DNA of 33,437 bases from a virus (Duplodnaviria; Heunggongvirae; Uroviricota; Caudoviricetes). The position numbers and the translations under genes are program-made. The notes beneath the pieces were generated by a model, which searched no databases, was not told the DNA's origin, and saw nothing but the letters and a program-made list of their open reading frames with translations. The DNA lies in IMG/VR virus record IMGVR_UViG_2540341028_000013; one strand, given 5' to 3'. Positions 20,402-29,069 of this stretch are shown piece by piece; positions within the stretch are counted from its first letter, which is position 1; each line of letters starts with the position of its first letter.

Positions 20402-21262
20402 TTACACCTGTGCGACGTTATACCATGTGCCATTGATGTATTTTTGTATTGGTCTGAAGATGGCTTCATCATCGCCATCTACTTCACCAATGATTCTTAA
20501 TCCGGTAATTGCGTGTCCGGCTTTTTCATAACGACCACCACGCGCCATCAATTGAACAACACGCGTACCCAGGCGAACATCTTTTACATAGCGTGAATCA
20601 AAATTCCCCCAGTTGCTGGGCTGTATCTGACCGTTAACAGAAAATATTACCGAGTTATCTGTATTTCGCTGGCTATAGAAATGCCATCCTGCCTCATTGC
20701 CTAACTCTGCAACTACTGGACGGGTTGAAGCACCCCATAAATTAAACGTTGCATTCTTTGTGGAGTTGTTGGAGCTGGATAGCGTGAATTTTTTACCATC
20801 CCCGGCCTGAATATTTTTAAAAGCAATAGCCACTCCATTCTGAAAGCGGAATACACGCTGACTATTAGCATAAACATCCAGAATACCGTCTCCATTCTGT
20901 TTAAATCCGGTGTCATTATCACCAAGAACAATAGAGCTACCACCTAACGCATTCGTCGAACCAACTCCAAGACTGCCATTAATGACAGCATTAACAAGAA
21001 TATTTAGTGCATCCCATTTCAGCGTCATCAGGTCTTTTGTTGTGGTGCTCTGGCGGCTTCTCCATTTGAAATATTCATTGCCGTTGTCGCCTGTTTCAAA
21101 CCACATGTATGAATCAGTGTCACCATCGGCATCATTTTTAAATCCAATCTTCGCCCAGTCAGTATTTCGAATCCAGGCAAGGATTGAGTCATTTTCAAAA
21201 GTAAGCCCACCGGACAAGGTATCGCCATTTTTTTGCACGGCGTTACCAGCCCTGTTTACCGT
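20402..21262 (-). CDS. Alternative tail-fibre C-terminal cassette (H'), silent in this orientation
   Basis: Frame open from the right gix site through ...[24 protein letters not shown]... to ...[18 protein letters not shown]; no start codon of its own upstream (TAA just left of the site); would fuse to H after inversion. Confidence 0.7.
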   Translation of the reverse strand, partial: TVNRAGNAVQKNGDTLSGGLTFENDSILAWIRNTDWAKIGFKNDADGDTDSYMWFETGDNGNEYFKWRSRQSTTTKDLMTLKWDALNILVNAVINGSLGVGSTNALGGSSIVLGDNDTGFKQNGDGILDVYANSQRVFRFQNGVAIAFKNIQAGDGKKFTLSSSNNSTKNATFNLWGASTRPVVAELGNEAGWHFYSQRNTDNSVIFSVNGQIQPSNWGNFDSRYVKDVRLGTRVVQLMARGGRYEKAGHAITGLRIIGEVDGDDEAIFRPIQKYINGTWYNVAQV

Positions 21263-21288
21263 TTCCTGTAAACCGAGGTTTTAAATAA
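21263..21288 (-). repeat. gix/cix-like recombination site (right crossover site)
   Basis: TTCCTGTAAACCGAGGTTTTAAATAA, close to the Gin/Cin/Pin site consensus as recalled (TTCCTGTAAACCGAGGTTTTGGATAA); 55 bp upstream of the invertase start. Confidence 0.7.
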
Positions 21289-21342
21289 TGGCCGTTTCTG
21301 GCCTGCATGGCATGATTTGCGCTTTTGGACGGGAGATTCAGT

Positions 21343-21942
21343 GTGCTGATTGGCTATGTAAGGGTATCAACAAATGACCAGAATACAGACCTGCAACGAA
21401 ACGCTCTTGTTTGTGCAGGATGTGAACAAATATTTGAAGATAAATTAAGCGGGACAAAGACAGACCGACCGGGATTAAAACGCGCTTTAAAGCGCCTTCA
21501 AAAAGGTGACACGCTGGTTGTCTGGAAACTGGATCGCCTCGGGCGAAGCATGAAACATCTGATTTCTCTCGTCGGGGAACTACGGGAGCGAGGGATTAAT
21601 TTTCGCAGTCTGACCGACAGCATAGACACATCTTCTCCAATGGGGCGTTTTTTCTTCCACGTGATGGGTGCCCTGGCTGAAATGGAACGTGAATTAATTG
21701 TTGAACGTACACTGGCCGGGCTGGCGGCAGCGCGCGCAAGGGGGCGCACAGGCGGACGTCGACCGAAGCTGACAAAAGAACAGCATGAGCAAATAGCAAG
21801 GCTAATCAAAAACGGGCACGACAGAAAACAACTGGCAATAATTTACGGCATTGGCACATCGACGATTTATCGTTATCACCCTGTAGGCGATATACAGACT
21901 GAAGAAACAACCGGGCAGACTCAGGAAAATGAAAACCGCTAA
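21343..21942 (+). CDS. pin: Site-specific DNA invertase, serine recombinase of the Pin/Gin/Cin/Hin family
   Basis: GTG start 21343 (RBS GGGAG); (M)LIGYVRVSTNDQNTDLQRNAL...GDTLVVWKLDRLGRSMKHL...GINFRSLTDSIDTSSPMGRFFFHVMGALAEMERELIVERT, near-identical to e14 Pin as recalled, including the catalytic Ser in YVRVSTNDQ. Confidence 0.9.
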   Translation: MLIGYVRVSTNDQNTDLQRNALVCAGCEQIFEDKLSGTKTDRPGLKRALKRLQKGDTLVVWKLDRLGRSMKHLISLVGELRERGINFRSLTDSIDTSSPMGRFFFHVMGALAEMERELIVERTLAGLAAARARGRTGGRRPKLTKEQHEQIARLIKNGHDRKQLAIIYGIGTSTIYRYHPVGDIQTEETTGQTQENENR

Positions 21943-21965
21943 TCTGACCATTAGCGGTTTTTGTG
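21935..21965. terminator. Putative bidirectional rho-independent terminator between convergent pin and U
   Basis: ACCGCTAAT-CTGACC-ATTAGCGGT hairpin followed by TTTTGTG on plus and preceded by A-rich sequence (T-rich on minus). Confidence 0.5.
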
Positions 21966-21970
21966 TTAAA

Positions 21971-22465
21971 TCAGAACAGCCCTTTAACTGAACTGGCCGC
22001 GCTGTTAAGAGATGATGTCACCTTATCTTTGAAGCCGGACAGCATATCACTGAACGATGAGGATTGCAGGCGCTCCCGCAAATCCTCATCACAGCGTTCA
22101 AGAGTCAGTGAAAATTCTATCTTTTTCGCCTTACCGTAGCGATCAAACTCGGAGCGGGTCGTATTCGTTTCAGTCAGGACATACATGCCGTAAATCTGCC
22201 CGACGCCATCAATCAAAGGCCAGGGTCGTCCTGTATACGCCTGCGTAGTCAGCAGCGACAGCGACACTTCGCCACCTGTAATTTCAGGATAAAGCACACC
22301 AGAAAGAACGATGCGATCATCACCTGCACCGATATACTGCCAGCTTGCTGAACGGTTAACGCGTTCATTTTTCACATGCCGCCAGCTTTTGTTTTGCTGT
22401 AACTGCTGATGCGGCAGCGTGCGCAGCTCAAAAACAAACATGCCGTAGATCATCATCATGGCCAT
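21971..22465 (-). CDS. U: P2-like tail protein gpU
   Basis: 164-aa ORF; ...SWRH...LSG.LYPEITGG.VSL..L...GRPWPLIDG.G.IYGMYV... pattern as in P2 gpU. Confidence 0.8.
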   Translation of the reverse strand: MAMMMIYGMFVFELRTLPHQQLQQNKSWRHVKNERVNRSASWQYIGAGDDRIVLSGVLYPEITGGEVSLSLLTTQAYTGRPWPLIDGVGQIYGMYVLTETNTTRSEFDRYGKAKKIEFSLTLERCDEDLRERLQSSSFSDMLSGFKDKVTSSLNSAASSVKGLF

Positions 22466-22471
22466 GACTCC

Positions 22472-25315
22472 TCAATCTTTATCGTAAAAACAGCCACGCC
22501 CGGCACGGGCGCGCCGTTCCATTTCTGCCCTGACCATTTCACCGACCAGTTTCGCCAGTTCGCGGGGATTCTGCGTAACAACGTTATGCAGATGAACATG
22601 AATTTCACCACCAAATCCGAAGGCAACAGGCTCCCGGTTACGGGAAGTTACAGGAACTGATGCCACTGGAGATCGTATAGCCTCCGCCACCGGGCGGGAG
22701 CTGGCCGCAACAACAGGGACCAGCGCCGGAGGCAGCGGAGCCGGAACCACGGGTGTGATATTAATTGCGGGGGCAGGCTTACTGACCTGCGCAATCTTCC
22801 GCTCCTGCCACTCCCCACGAACAGCAAGTGCTCGGGGCAGGTTTTTAAAGACAATATCGCCGGGGCCAATGCGTTTTTTCGTCTCCTCAACCAGCTTACC
22901 TGTGTTATCAGCAATTTTGCTGAGTCTGCGCAGCGTACCGGTATTGCTGTCTGTGAGCGGTTTATTGTCTTTGGGGTTATCACCTCCGGTGCCATTGCCA
23001 TTTTCCACAGGCTTCGGCGGATTGATTTTCGCCAGATCCCCCTGAAGCAAGGCAACCTTGTCCTGAAGAATGGCCGCACGCTGTGCGTCTTCGATTTTCT
23101 TGCGCGCCCTTTCCGCTTCATCCGGAAGCACACCAAGCTTTTCAAGTATCCACGCCAGCGTATCCAGCAACATTTTTGCAGGTGTCAGAACAAGTTGTAA
23201 CGCACCGCCAAGAACGTTACCGAATATCTCGCCAGCACTGGTACATTTATCCAGAGTTTCCTTGCTGGACTCCATCGGTGACAGCAGCGATTTAAACCAG
23301 TTAAACACCTGGCTGATCCCACTCCCGATTGCGTCAAAAACAGGACCAAACCGTTCAAAGGTTTCGCGCAACGGGGTCAGCCTTTCCATAATCCCGCTGA
23401 ACACCCCGGCAAAAAATGCCCTGATGGGATCCCAGTATTTCCAGATAAGAACGGCAGCTCCGGCAAGCGCAGCCACGATAAGACCAACCGGACTGAACAA
23501 CGCCCCGATAGCGCCTCCCAGTAAAGAAACGGAACCCGTCACCATTCCCCATAGTGCTGGCAGAACCCTGACAGCATTCATTGATCCGGTCAGGAGGGAA
23601 AAACCAAGACGCAGTTTTGCCAGCGGGCCAGCAAGCACACCAATAGCCAGCGACAACGAGCCAACCGTTGCAGTCATTGCCAGCAATGCACCGCCTGCAA
23701 TCAGTAGCTGGCGCGTCAGTGCGGGATGGGCCTGCGCCAGCGCCGTCACCTTTGATACCACACGCGTGAGCCACTGCGTGACAGAACGCAGCGGACCGTC
23801 AATCAGATCTGCAATGCGGATGCGCAACCCTTCCCATGCACTGCTGAGTGATTTCAGATCGCCGTCAAGGTTGTTGGCCATAACCTTTGCCGTGCGTTCA
23901 GCCTCACCGCGCGCGCCTTCAAGTTCTTTTCTCAGTTTGGGTAAGGAGCCGTCACCTGCCGCATCAACGAGGGCCATAAATGATGTGAAAGCCTCTTCTC
24001 CGGCAATGTCCTTAAAGAACGATACCCGGTCAACTTCCCCGTATTTGCGGGTAGCTTTATAAAGGTCAGCCAGCACATCCTCCATCGGGCGCATTTTGCC
24101 CCCGGCATCCGAGACAGACACGCCAAGCTCTTTCAGCGCCTCTGCTGCCGCCTTTGGCGGTGATGCCAGACGAGCCAGGCTGGCACGCATTGCCGTACCA
24201 GCATCACTCCCCCTGATACCCATATTCGCCAGCACGCCCGCCATCGCTGCGGCCTGCTCCAGAGATATTCCCAGCTTACCCGCCACCGGACCTGCATATT
24301 TCATGGTTTCACCCAGTGCGCGAAGGTCAGTGTTGGTACGGGTAAACGCTGCGGTGAGTGTGTCGCCGACCCGGTCCATCTGGTCAGCAGAAAGACCGAA
24401 CTGCGTCAGAATATTTGAGCCAATATCCGCCGTCTCACCGAGGTCCATACCGCCAGCCGTTGCCATGCTCAGTACGCCAGGGAGCGCAGCCTGAATGGCC
24501 TGTGGTGTAAAGCCAGCCATTGCAAGAAATGCCTGTCCACTGGCGGCATCGCCTGCGGTGAACTGCGTTTCAGAGCCAAGTTTTAACGCCTGCTCACGCA
24601 GCGCCTTAAACTGCGGGCTGTTCTGGTCGATTCGCGTCAGTGCCTGAACGCGGGACATCTCTTTGCCGAACCCGATCGCAGGCTGCAAAAAACGCCCGGC
24701 AGCATAGCCGCCCGCCGCTGCCGCACCAATTGCCAGCGCACCACCTGTTTTCAGTTTTCCCGCTGTTTCCTGCGCGCGCGAATACCGCTCACGCGCCCGT
24801 GTTACACGCGCAAGCGCCTGCCGTTCGCGTTCAAGCTGGTTGTTGTACTGTTCGGTGCGTCTGATGGCCTGCTGGATGGTGTTATCGCTGCCTGTCAGGG
24901 AAATGCCGTGGCGTTTCAGCTCTCCGCCAAGCTCCCGCATTTTCTGAATTTCCCGTGTGCGCGATTCATTCAGGCGTTCAAGCCGGGTGCTTAACTGCTG
25001 CATCAGCTTTTGTTGTTTTTCGCTGAGCACTGTACCCGTGCGTTGTAACTGATTAAGGGCGTTAAGCTGGCGTCGTGCTTTCACGATGCCAGCATCCGCT
25101 TTACTGACAGCGTCACGGGCGCGCTCAAATGATCGCGCCTGACGCTCGAGATTTTTGATCGCCCCCTGCGTTCGCTGGATGGAGTCACCAAACTGCCCCA
25201 TCAGGCGGCGGGCGTTTTCGGCAGGCCGGGTCAGCCTGTCAACGGCGCTGAAAGCGACCCGGATATCAAGAGTCTTCATTGTCTGCATTCCCGCTACGAA
25301 GTGCCGCCCGCTCAC
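22472..25315 (-). CDS. T: Tail tape measure protein gpT
   Basis: Intact 947-aa ORF; long coiled-coil N-terminal half, Gly/Ala-rich hydrophobic middle segments, position between E/E' and U. Confidence 0.85.
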   Translation of the reverse strand: MSGRHFVAGMQTMKTLDIRVAFSAVDRLTRPAENARRLMGQFGDSIQRTQGAIKNLERQARSFERARDAVSKADAGIVKARRQLNALNQLQRTGTVLSEKQQKLMQQLSTRLERLNESRTREIQKMRELGGELKRHGISLTGSDNTIQQAIRRTEQYNNQLERERQALARVTRARERYSRAQETAGKLKTGGALAIGAAAAGGYAAGRFLQPAIGFGKEMSRVQALTRIDQNSPQFKALREQALKLGSETQFTAGDAASGQAFLAMAGFTPQAIQAALPGVLSMATAGGMDLGETADIGSNILTQFGLSADQMDRVGDTLTAAFTRTNTDLRALGETMKYAGPVAGKLGISLEQAAAMAGVLANMGIRGSDAGTAMRASLARLASPPKAAAEALKELGVSVSDAGGKMRPMEDVLADLYKATRKYGEVDRVSFFKDIAGEEAFTSFMALVDAAGDGSLPKLRKELEGARGEAERTAKVMANNLDGDLKSLSSAWEGLRIRIADLIDGPLRSVTQWLTRVVSKVTALAQAHPALTRQLLIAGGALLAMTATVGSLSLAIGVLAGPLAKLRLGFSLLTGSMNAVRVLPALWGMVTGSVSLLGGAIGALFSPVGLIVAALAGAAVLIWKYWDPIRAFFAGVFSGIMERLTPLRETFERFGPVFDAIGSGISQVFNWFKSLLSPMESSKETLDKCTSAGEIFGNVLGGALQLVLTPAKMLLDTLAWILEKLGVLPDEAERARKKIEDAQRAAILQDKVALLQGDLAKINPPKPVENGNGTGGDNPKDNKPLTDSNTGTLRRLSKIADNTGKLVEETKKRIGPGDIVFKNLPRALAVRGEWQERKIAQVSKPAPAINITPVVPAPLPPALVPVVAASSRPVAEAIRSPVASVPVTSRNREPVAFGFGGEIHVHLHNVVTQNPRELAKLVGEMVRAEMERRARAGRGCFYDKD

Positions 25316-25316
25316 G

Positions 25317-25534
25317 TCAGCTAACCACTTCGCCGGGCGTCATCATGAAAATTTCGGCGGGCGACCAGTTAAAAATGGCGGCAATATCCGCCACCAGATC
25401 TTCGATGTGCTCAAAGCACACCAGGGTGATTACGCTGCCGTCTCCTGCACGCTCTTCGCGCCAGAGTCTGGCTCGCTCATAAAATTTACAGCCACAGCGC
25501 ACAACTGAATAAAATCGCGTGACGACATTTTTTT
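25317..25534 (-). CDS. E' extension of the tail assembly chaperone (gpE+E' by -1 programmed frameshift)
   Basis: The -1 frame stays open from the A7 tract (plus-strand T7 at 25528-25534) to a stop at 25317 overlapping the T start; translation ...FEHIEDLVADIAAIFNWSPAEIFMMTPGEVVS. Exact slip position not determinable. Confidence 0.5.
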
Positions 25535-25804
25535 AATCATCACTTCATCCAGTCGTGGCGAGGTCACGCGAGGCAACAGCGTGAACATGGTATCCGCTTT
25601 CAGATTCAGCACATCAGACAGCGACAGACCACGCAGGGATCCAGCCTGCTCAATAGCCCCGGTGATCTCCACATACGTGATTTTTTCGCCACCACGCTCA
25701 ATTGGTCGGGTCAGTTTTACGCCACGTTCGACAGCCATATCCTCAACTGCCGTCACATTATCCGCCACGGTGTTATTCCGGGTTTCAGTATCGATGTCTT
25801 TCAT
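25430..25804 (-). CDS. E: Tail assembly chaperone gpE
   Basis: 124-aa ORF from ATG 25804 (RBS AAAAGGAGA); position between FII and T. Confidence 0.7.
   Translation of the reverse strand: MKDIDTETRNNTVADNVTAVEDMAVERGVKLTRPIERGGEKITYVEITGAIEQAGSLRGLSLSDVLNLKADTMFTLLPRVTSPRLDEVMIKKMSSRDFIQLCAVAVNFMSEPDSGAKSVQETAA
25528..25534 (-). promoter_or_regulatory. Candidate slippery tract for the E/E' -1 ribosomal frameshift
   Basis: AUUAAAAAAAUG on the mRNA; the -1 frame downstream is the long E' ORF. Confidence 0.4.
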
Positions 25805-25859
25805 CTGTTGTCTCCTTTTCAGTCAGAGGCGACGCACTGCGCCGCCAGCATATTACTTA

Positions 25860-26370
25860 TCAGCCAAGCCCAAGCGCGGAACGGATGCGATCGGGCACAA
25901 TGTCCTTGCCGTCCTTCCGGTAAATGAAGTTCAGCAGGTCAATCTCCCACAACGGGCGATCGTTAACACTCAGCTTGTAGTAGGTGTTTTAATGGCGTAA
26001 GTGTGTGATGTGGCTTCGCCCTGTTTGGCTTCCCCCATATCAATTTCCGTCACACGTCCGCGCATTTCGACTTCATACAGGTCGCTTTCTGCATCGGTGT
26101 AGTATTCACCCGCAAAACGCAGCAGCGTGCCGTCAATCGTGCCGCCATACTTAAGGAACAGCTCACGAACTGCGCCCCCATGACAAAGCTCGCATCAAGC
26201 GCGGAGTCGTCCAGACCGAGATCAATACTTACCGCACCCATCATGCCACCACCCCGGTAGCTGTCGGTTTTGCGCGTCAGCTTAGGCAGAGTGACGGACG
26301 TCACATTACCCACTTCGTTTTCACCATCCACAAACAGCGTAAAAAAGCGAAGATGTTTTGGCACAGCCAT
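25860..26370 (-). pseudogene. FII: P2-like tail tube protein gpFII, interrupted by two single-base homopolymer indels
   Basis: Three consecutive frames carry colinear tube-protein sequence: MAVPKHLRFFTLFVDGENEVGNVTSVTLPKLTRKTDSYRGGGMMGAVSIDLGLDD... / ...AVRELFLKYGGTIDGTLLRFAGEYYTDAESDLYEVEMRGRVTEIDMGEAKQGEATSHTYAIK / NTYYKLSVNDRPLWEIDLLNFIYRKDGKDIVPDRIRSALGLG*. Junctions at a G5 run (about 26176-26180) and an A4 run (about 25986-25989). Confidence 0.75.
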
Positions 26371-27554
26371 CAGGCACCTCCCAGCACCGCAAATGCGGGT
26401 TCAAAGTATTCATCAGTAAACGTCTGGTAAAGCTCCATGTCTTCCAGTGGCGGAACGGGCGTATATTTGTAGCGAATACGCACACGTCCCTGACGTAAAT
26501 CCGTGGTGCTGTTATCCACCACGTCATACCAGCACTCCGCGCCAATCAGTTTCCCGGCAGTCACCAGTGAATCCAGTTTTGCCCTGATGGCACTGATAAC
26601 ATCCTTCACATTCGCAGGCGTCAGTGGACTGTCGATGGTTTCAAACTGCGCTTCCGCAATTGAATCAGCCAGCACCTGTGCGGTTCGGGTATACACCTCA
26701 AAGATGTAGGCGTTCGTTTCCGGTGTGCGGTTACCCCAGAAGCGGAACCCGTTGCGACGAATAATGGTCGTGATTTCTTTGTTGTTGAGGCTGTTGGCAT
26801 CGCTGTCTTCGGCCTGCAACGACCAGAACACATGCCTCGACATCCCCAGCACATTTTTAACCGGAACGTTGGACAGCGATTTGTGCCATCCCTGTTCATG
26901 GTCAATGTACGCACGAAGGCCGCACGCATAGGCAGGCGCGGGGAACGTTTCGTTTTTGCCATTTTTCGGGTTGTAGGCGATGAAGTCCGGCCATAAGAGC
27001 ATCACCTCACGTTCGTTGAATTTCTGGCGGTAGGTAATTGCCTCGGCCATCGTGTTACAGCCATGACATGAGGCATACACAAACGCGCGCAGTTTATCTG
27101 CAATCACGCACAGGGATTTTGTTACCGCCTCCGTGTCCAGCTCCGGCGCGGCCAGAATACGCGGACGGTATCCGATGCTTTCATCCTGCTCTGCAACAAG
27201 CAGCGCATACATCCCCGTATAGCTGCCGTCATCCTCAGAACCACCGATAACCAGTTGATCCTGCGTCTTTCCGTCTTCTTCTTTGTGTTCAGCCACGCGA
27301 ACGACGATCACCTTTGTGCTCACCTGGTCTGCGATGGCCTTAAGCGCACGATAAAGCGTCCCCGTTGTCCCGCATTTTCCCAGCACGTCATTGACGCGGG
27401 TCAGCAGTGTGGGCTTGTTCAGCGGGAACAGCTTCGCGTCCGCATCATCCGCCGTTGCCACGATACCGATAACGCTGGAATCAACATCGTTAATCGCTGT
27501 TACCAGGTCGGTATTCTCCGTAACACGGGCACCATGAAAACGAGTTTCACTCAT
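26370..27554 (-). CDS. FI: P2-like tail sheath protein gpFI
   Basis: Intact 394 aa; ...FPLNKP.L.T.V...L...KGTL...L.AIADQ ... LRAFVYASCHGC ... GWHKSLSNV ... IRRNGFRFWGNRT ... YTRTAQV.AD ... YKYTPVPPLE, matching P2 gpFI (about 396 aa) as recalled. Confidence 0.9.
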   Translation of the reverse strand: MSETRFHGARVTENTDLVTAINDVDSSVIGIVATADDADAKLFPLNKPTLLTRVNDVLGKCGTTGTLYRALKAIADQVSTKVIVVRVAEHKEEDGKTQDQLVIGGSEDDGSYTGMYALLVAEQDESIGYRPRILAAPELDTEAVTKSLCVIADKLRAFVYASCHGCNTMAEAITYRQKFNEREVMLLWPDFIAYNPKNGKNETFPAPAYACGLRAYIDHEQGWHKSLSNVPVKNVLGMSRHVFWSLQAEDSDANSLNNKEITTIIRRNGFRFWGNRTPETNAYIFEVYTRTAQVLADSIAEAQFETIDSPLTPANVKDVISAIRAKLDSLVTAGKLIGAECWYDVVDNSTTDLRQGRVRIRYKYTPVPPLEDMELYQTFTDEYFEPAFAVLGGA

Positions 27555-27711
27555 AGCTTCAGCCCCTTGTATCCGTTAAATGATTCAGCAACAATCATCA
27601 CCCACCACGCGCGTAATCTCACCCCTGCGCCGTTCTCCCGCCACGGCGACAACAAAAAGCAGTAACCCCCTCCGCACGCACATGCGACCATGCCGCACAG
27701 GGAGGGAGCAG
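27555..27711. promoter_or_regulatory. Divergent intergenic region between FI (leftward) and D (rightward)
   Basis: 157-bp gap expected to hold the FI-operon promoter; contains TGATTCAGCAACAATCA dyad; whether any promoter here reads into D is unknown. Confidence 0.3.
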
Positions 27712-28821
27712 ATGACCGACACCACCATGCAATTGCTCAGTCAGGGCACGGCCCCCGTGAAAATGCCGGATTTTGATATTCTCTCGGAGGGTAAAACGCT
27801 GTCAGGCGTGGCGGAGCGCCTGATGAGCCTGTAACTGACCGACAACCGGGGATTTGAGGCGGACCAGCTCACCATCACGCTGGATGATGCGGATGGTCAG
27901 TTGCAGCTACCGCCACGGGGCGCGCGTCTGACGGTTCTCATTGGCTGGAAAGGGGAACCGCTGACAGAAAAAGGCACTTACATTGTTGATGAAATCGCTC
28001 ACGAAGGACCGCCGGACAGGCTGACTGTTTCAGCCAGAAGCGCAGATTTTCGGGATGAATTTAACGTTAAACGTGAGGTGTCCTGGCATGATGTGACCGT
28101 TGAGCGTGTGGTATCCGCCATCACTCATCGGTACGGTCTGAAACCGCAAATCAGCGAAATGCTGATGGATATCGAAATCGACCACGCCGACCAGACCGAA
28201 GAAAGCGACATGTCCTTTCTTACGCGCATGGCGGAAATGCTGGGAGCAATCGCCACGGTAAAAAGCGGCAATCTGTTATTCATCATGCCAGGTGGTGGCG
28301 TGAACGCACAGGGGCAGCCGTTGCCCTCGTTCGCCATTACACGCAGCAGCGGCGATCGCCATCAGTTCCGCATTGCTGACCGCGAGGCGTATACGGGGGT
28401 ACGCGCCTACTGGCTTGATCTTAATTACGGGAAAAAGAAAAAAGTCAGCGTGAAACGCCGCAAACCGCCAAAACCCAAAAAGGAGAAAAGCAGCAGTCGG
28501 GAAGGCGACTATATGGAAGGTGCGGAAGGCAACGTGTTTGTGTTACGCAAGACTTATCAGAACGAGCAGGCAGCAAGACGCGCAGCGGCGGCAAAGTGGC
28601 AGCAGCTACAACGCGGAGCCGCATCATTCTCCATCACGCTGGCGCGTGGTCGTGCAGAACTCTATCCCGAAATGCATGGCACAGTGACAGGCTTTAAAAG
28701 CGAGATTGATTATCAGGACTGGACTATTGCAAAAGCCGAGCACACCATTGATAACAGCGGCTTTACCACGCAGCTTGAACTTGAAGCAAAAATCCCGGAA
28801 TGGATAGCAGAAACAGAATAA
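27712..28821 (+). pseudogene. D: P2-like tail protein gpD with in-frame TAA at codon 41 (27832-27834)
   Basis: ATG 27712 (RBS GGGAGGGAG). One frame reads ...SGVAERLMSL-TAA-LTDNRGFEADQLTITLDDADGQLQLPPRGARLTVLIGWKG...WHD... to 28821, colinear with P2 gpD (...SRLVSLTLTDNRGFEADQLDIELNDADGQVGLP...); the stop replaces a single codon. Confidence 0.8.
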
Positions 28822-29069
28822 ATCTCTTAAAAATATTATTTTTGAGATGTGCTTCTACACTGACAGTAAGAACAAAAGATAATGTATCAGCCCACTAGAT
28901 GTCAGAGGTTGGGGCATCAACCAGATGCTAACAATAATACGGATGTTTTTCCCACATGACAGAGGAAGTCAAGTATAATCTTCACAGTCCATCCCGTCCA
29001 AGGGAATATGACTCAATAGTAAAAGTTCCAGTTTAGTTAGTAGACCCACACTTTATAGAAGAGTAATTC

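Larger units (their letters stand above)
18584..21288. other. Invertible tail-fibre segment (G-segment-like host-range switch), about 2.7 kb
   Basis: Bounded by inverted gix-like sites; contains two opposed sets of tail-fibre C-terminus plus assembly chaperone; Pin-like invertase gene immediately to the right. Confidence 0.7.

Noticed and set aside
23070-24062. 330-aa plus-strand ORF, and several 60-165-aa ORFs, antisense to the tape measure gene T
   Set aside because: Lie within the intact 947-aa T gene on the opposite strand; Ser/Ala/Pro-rich translations typical of antisense frames in GC-rich coding DNA.
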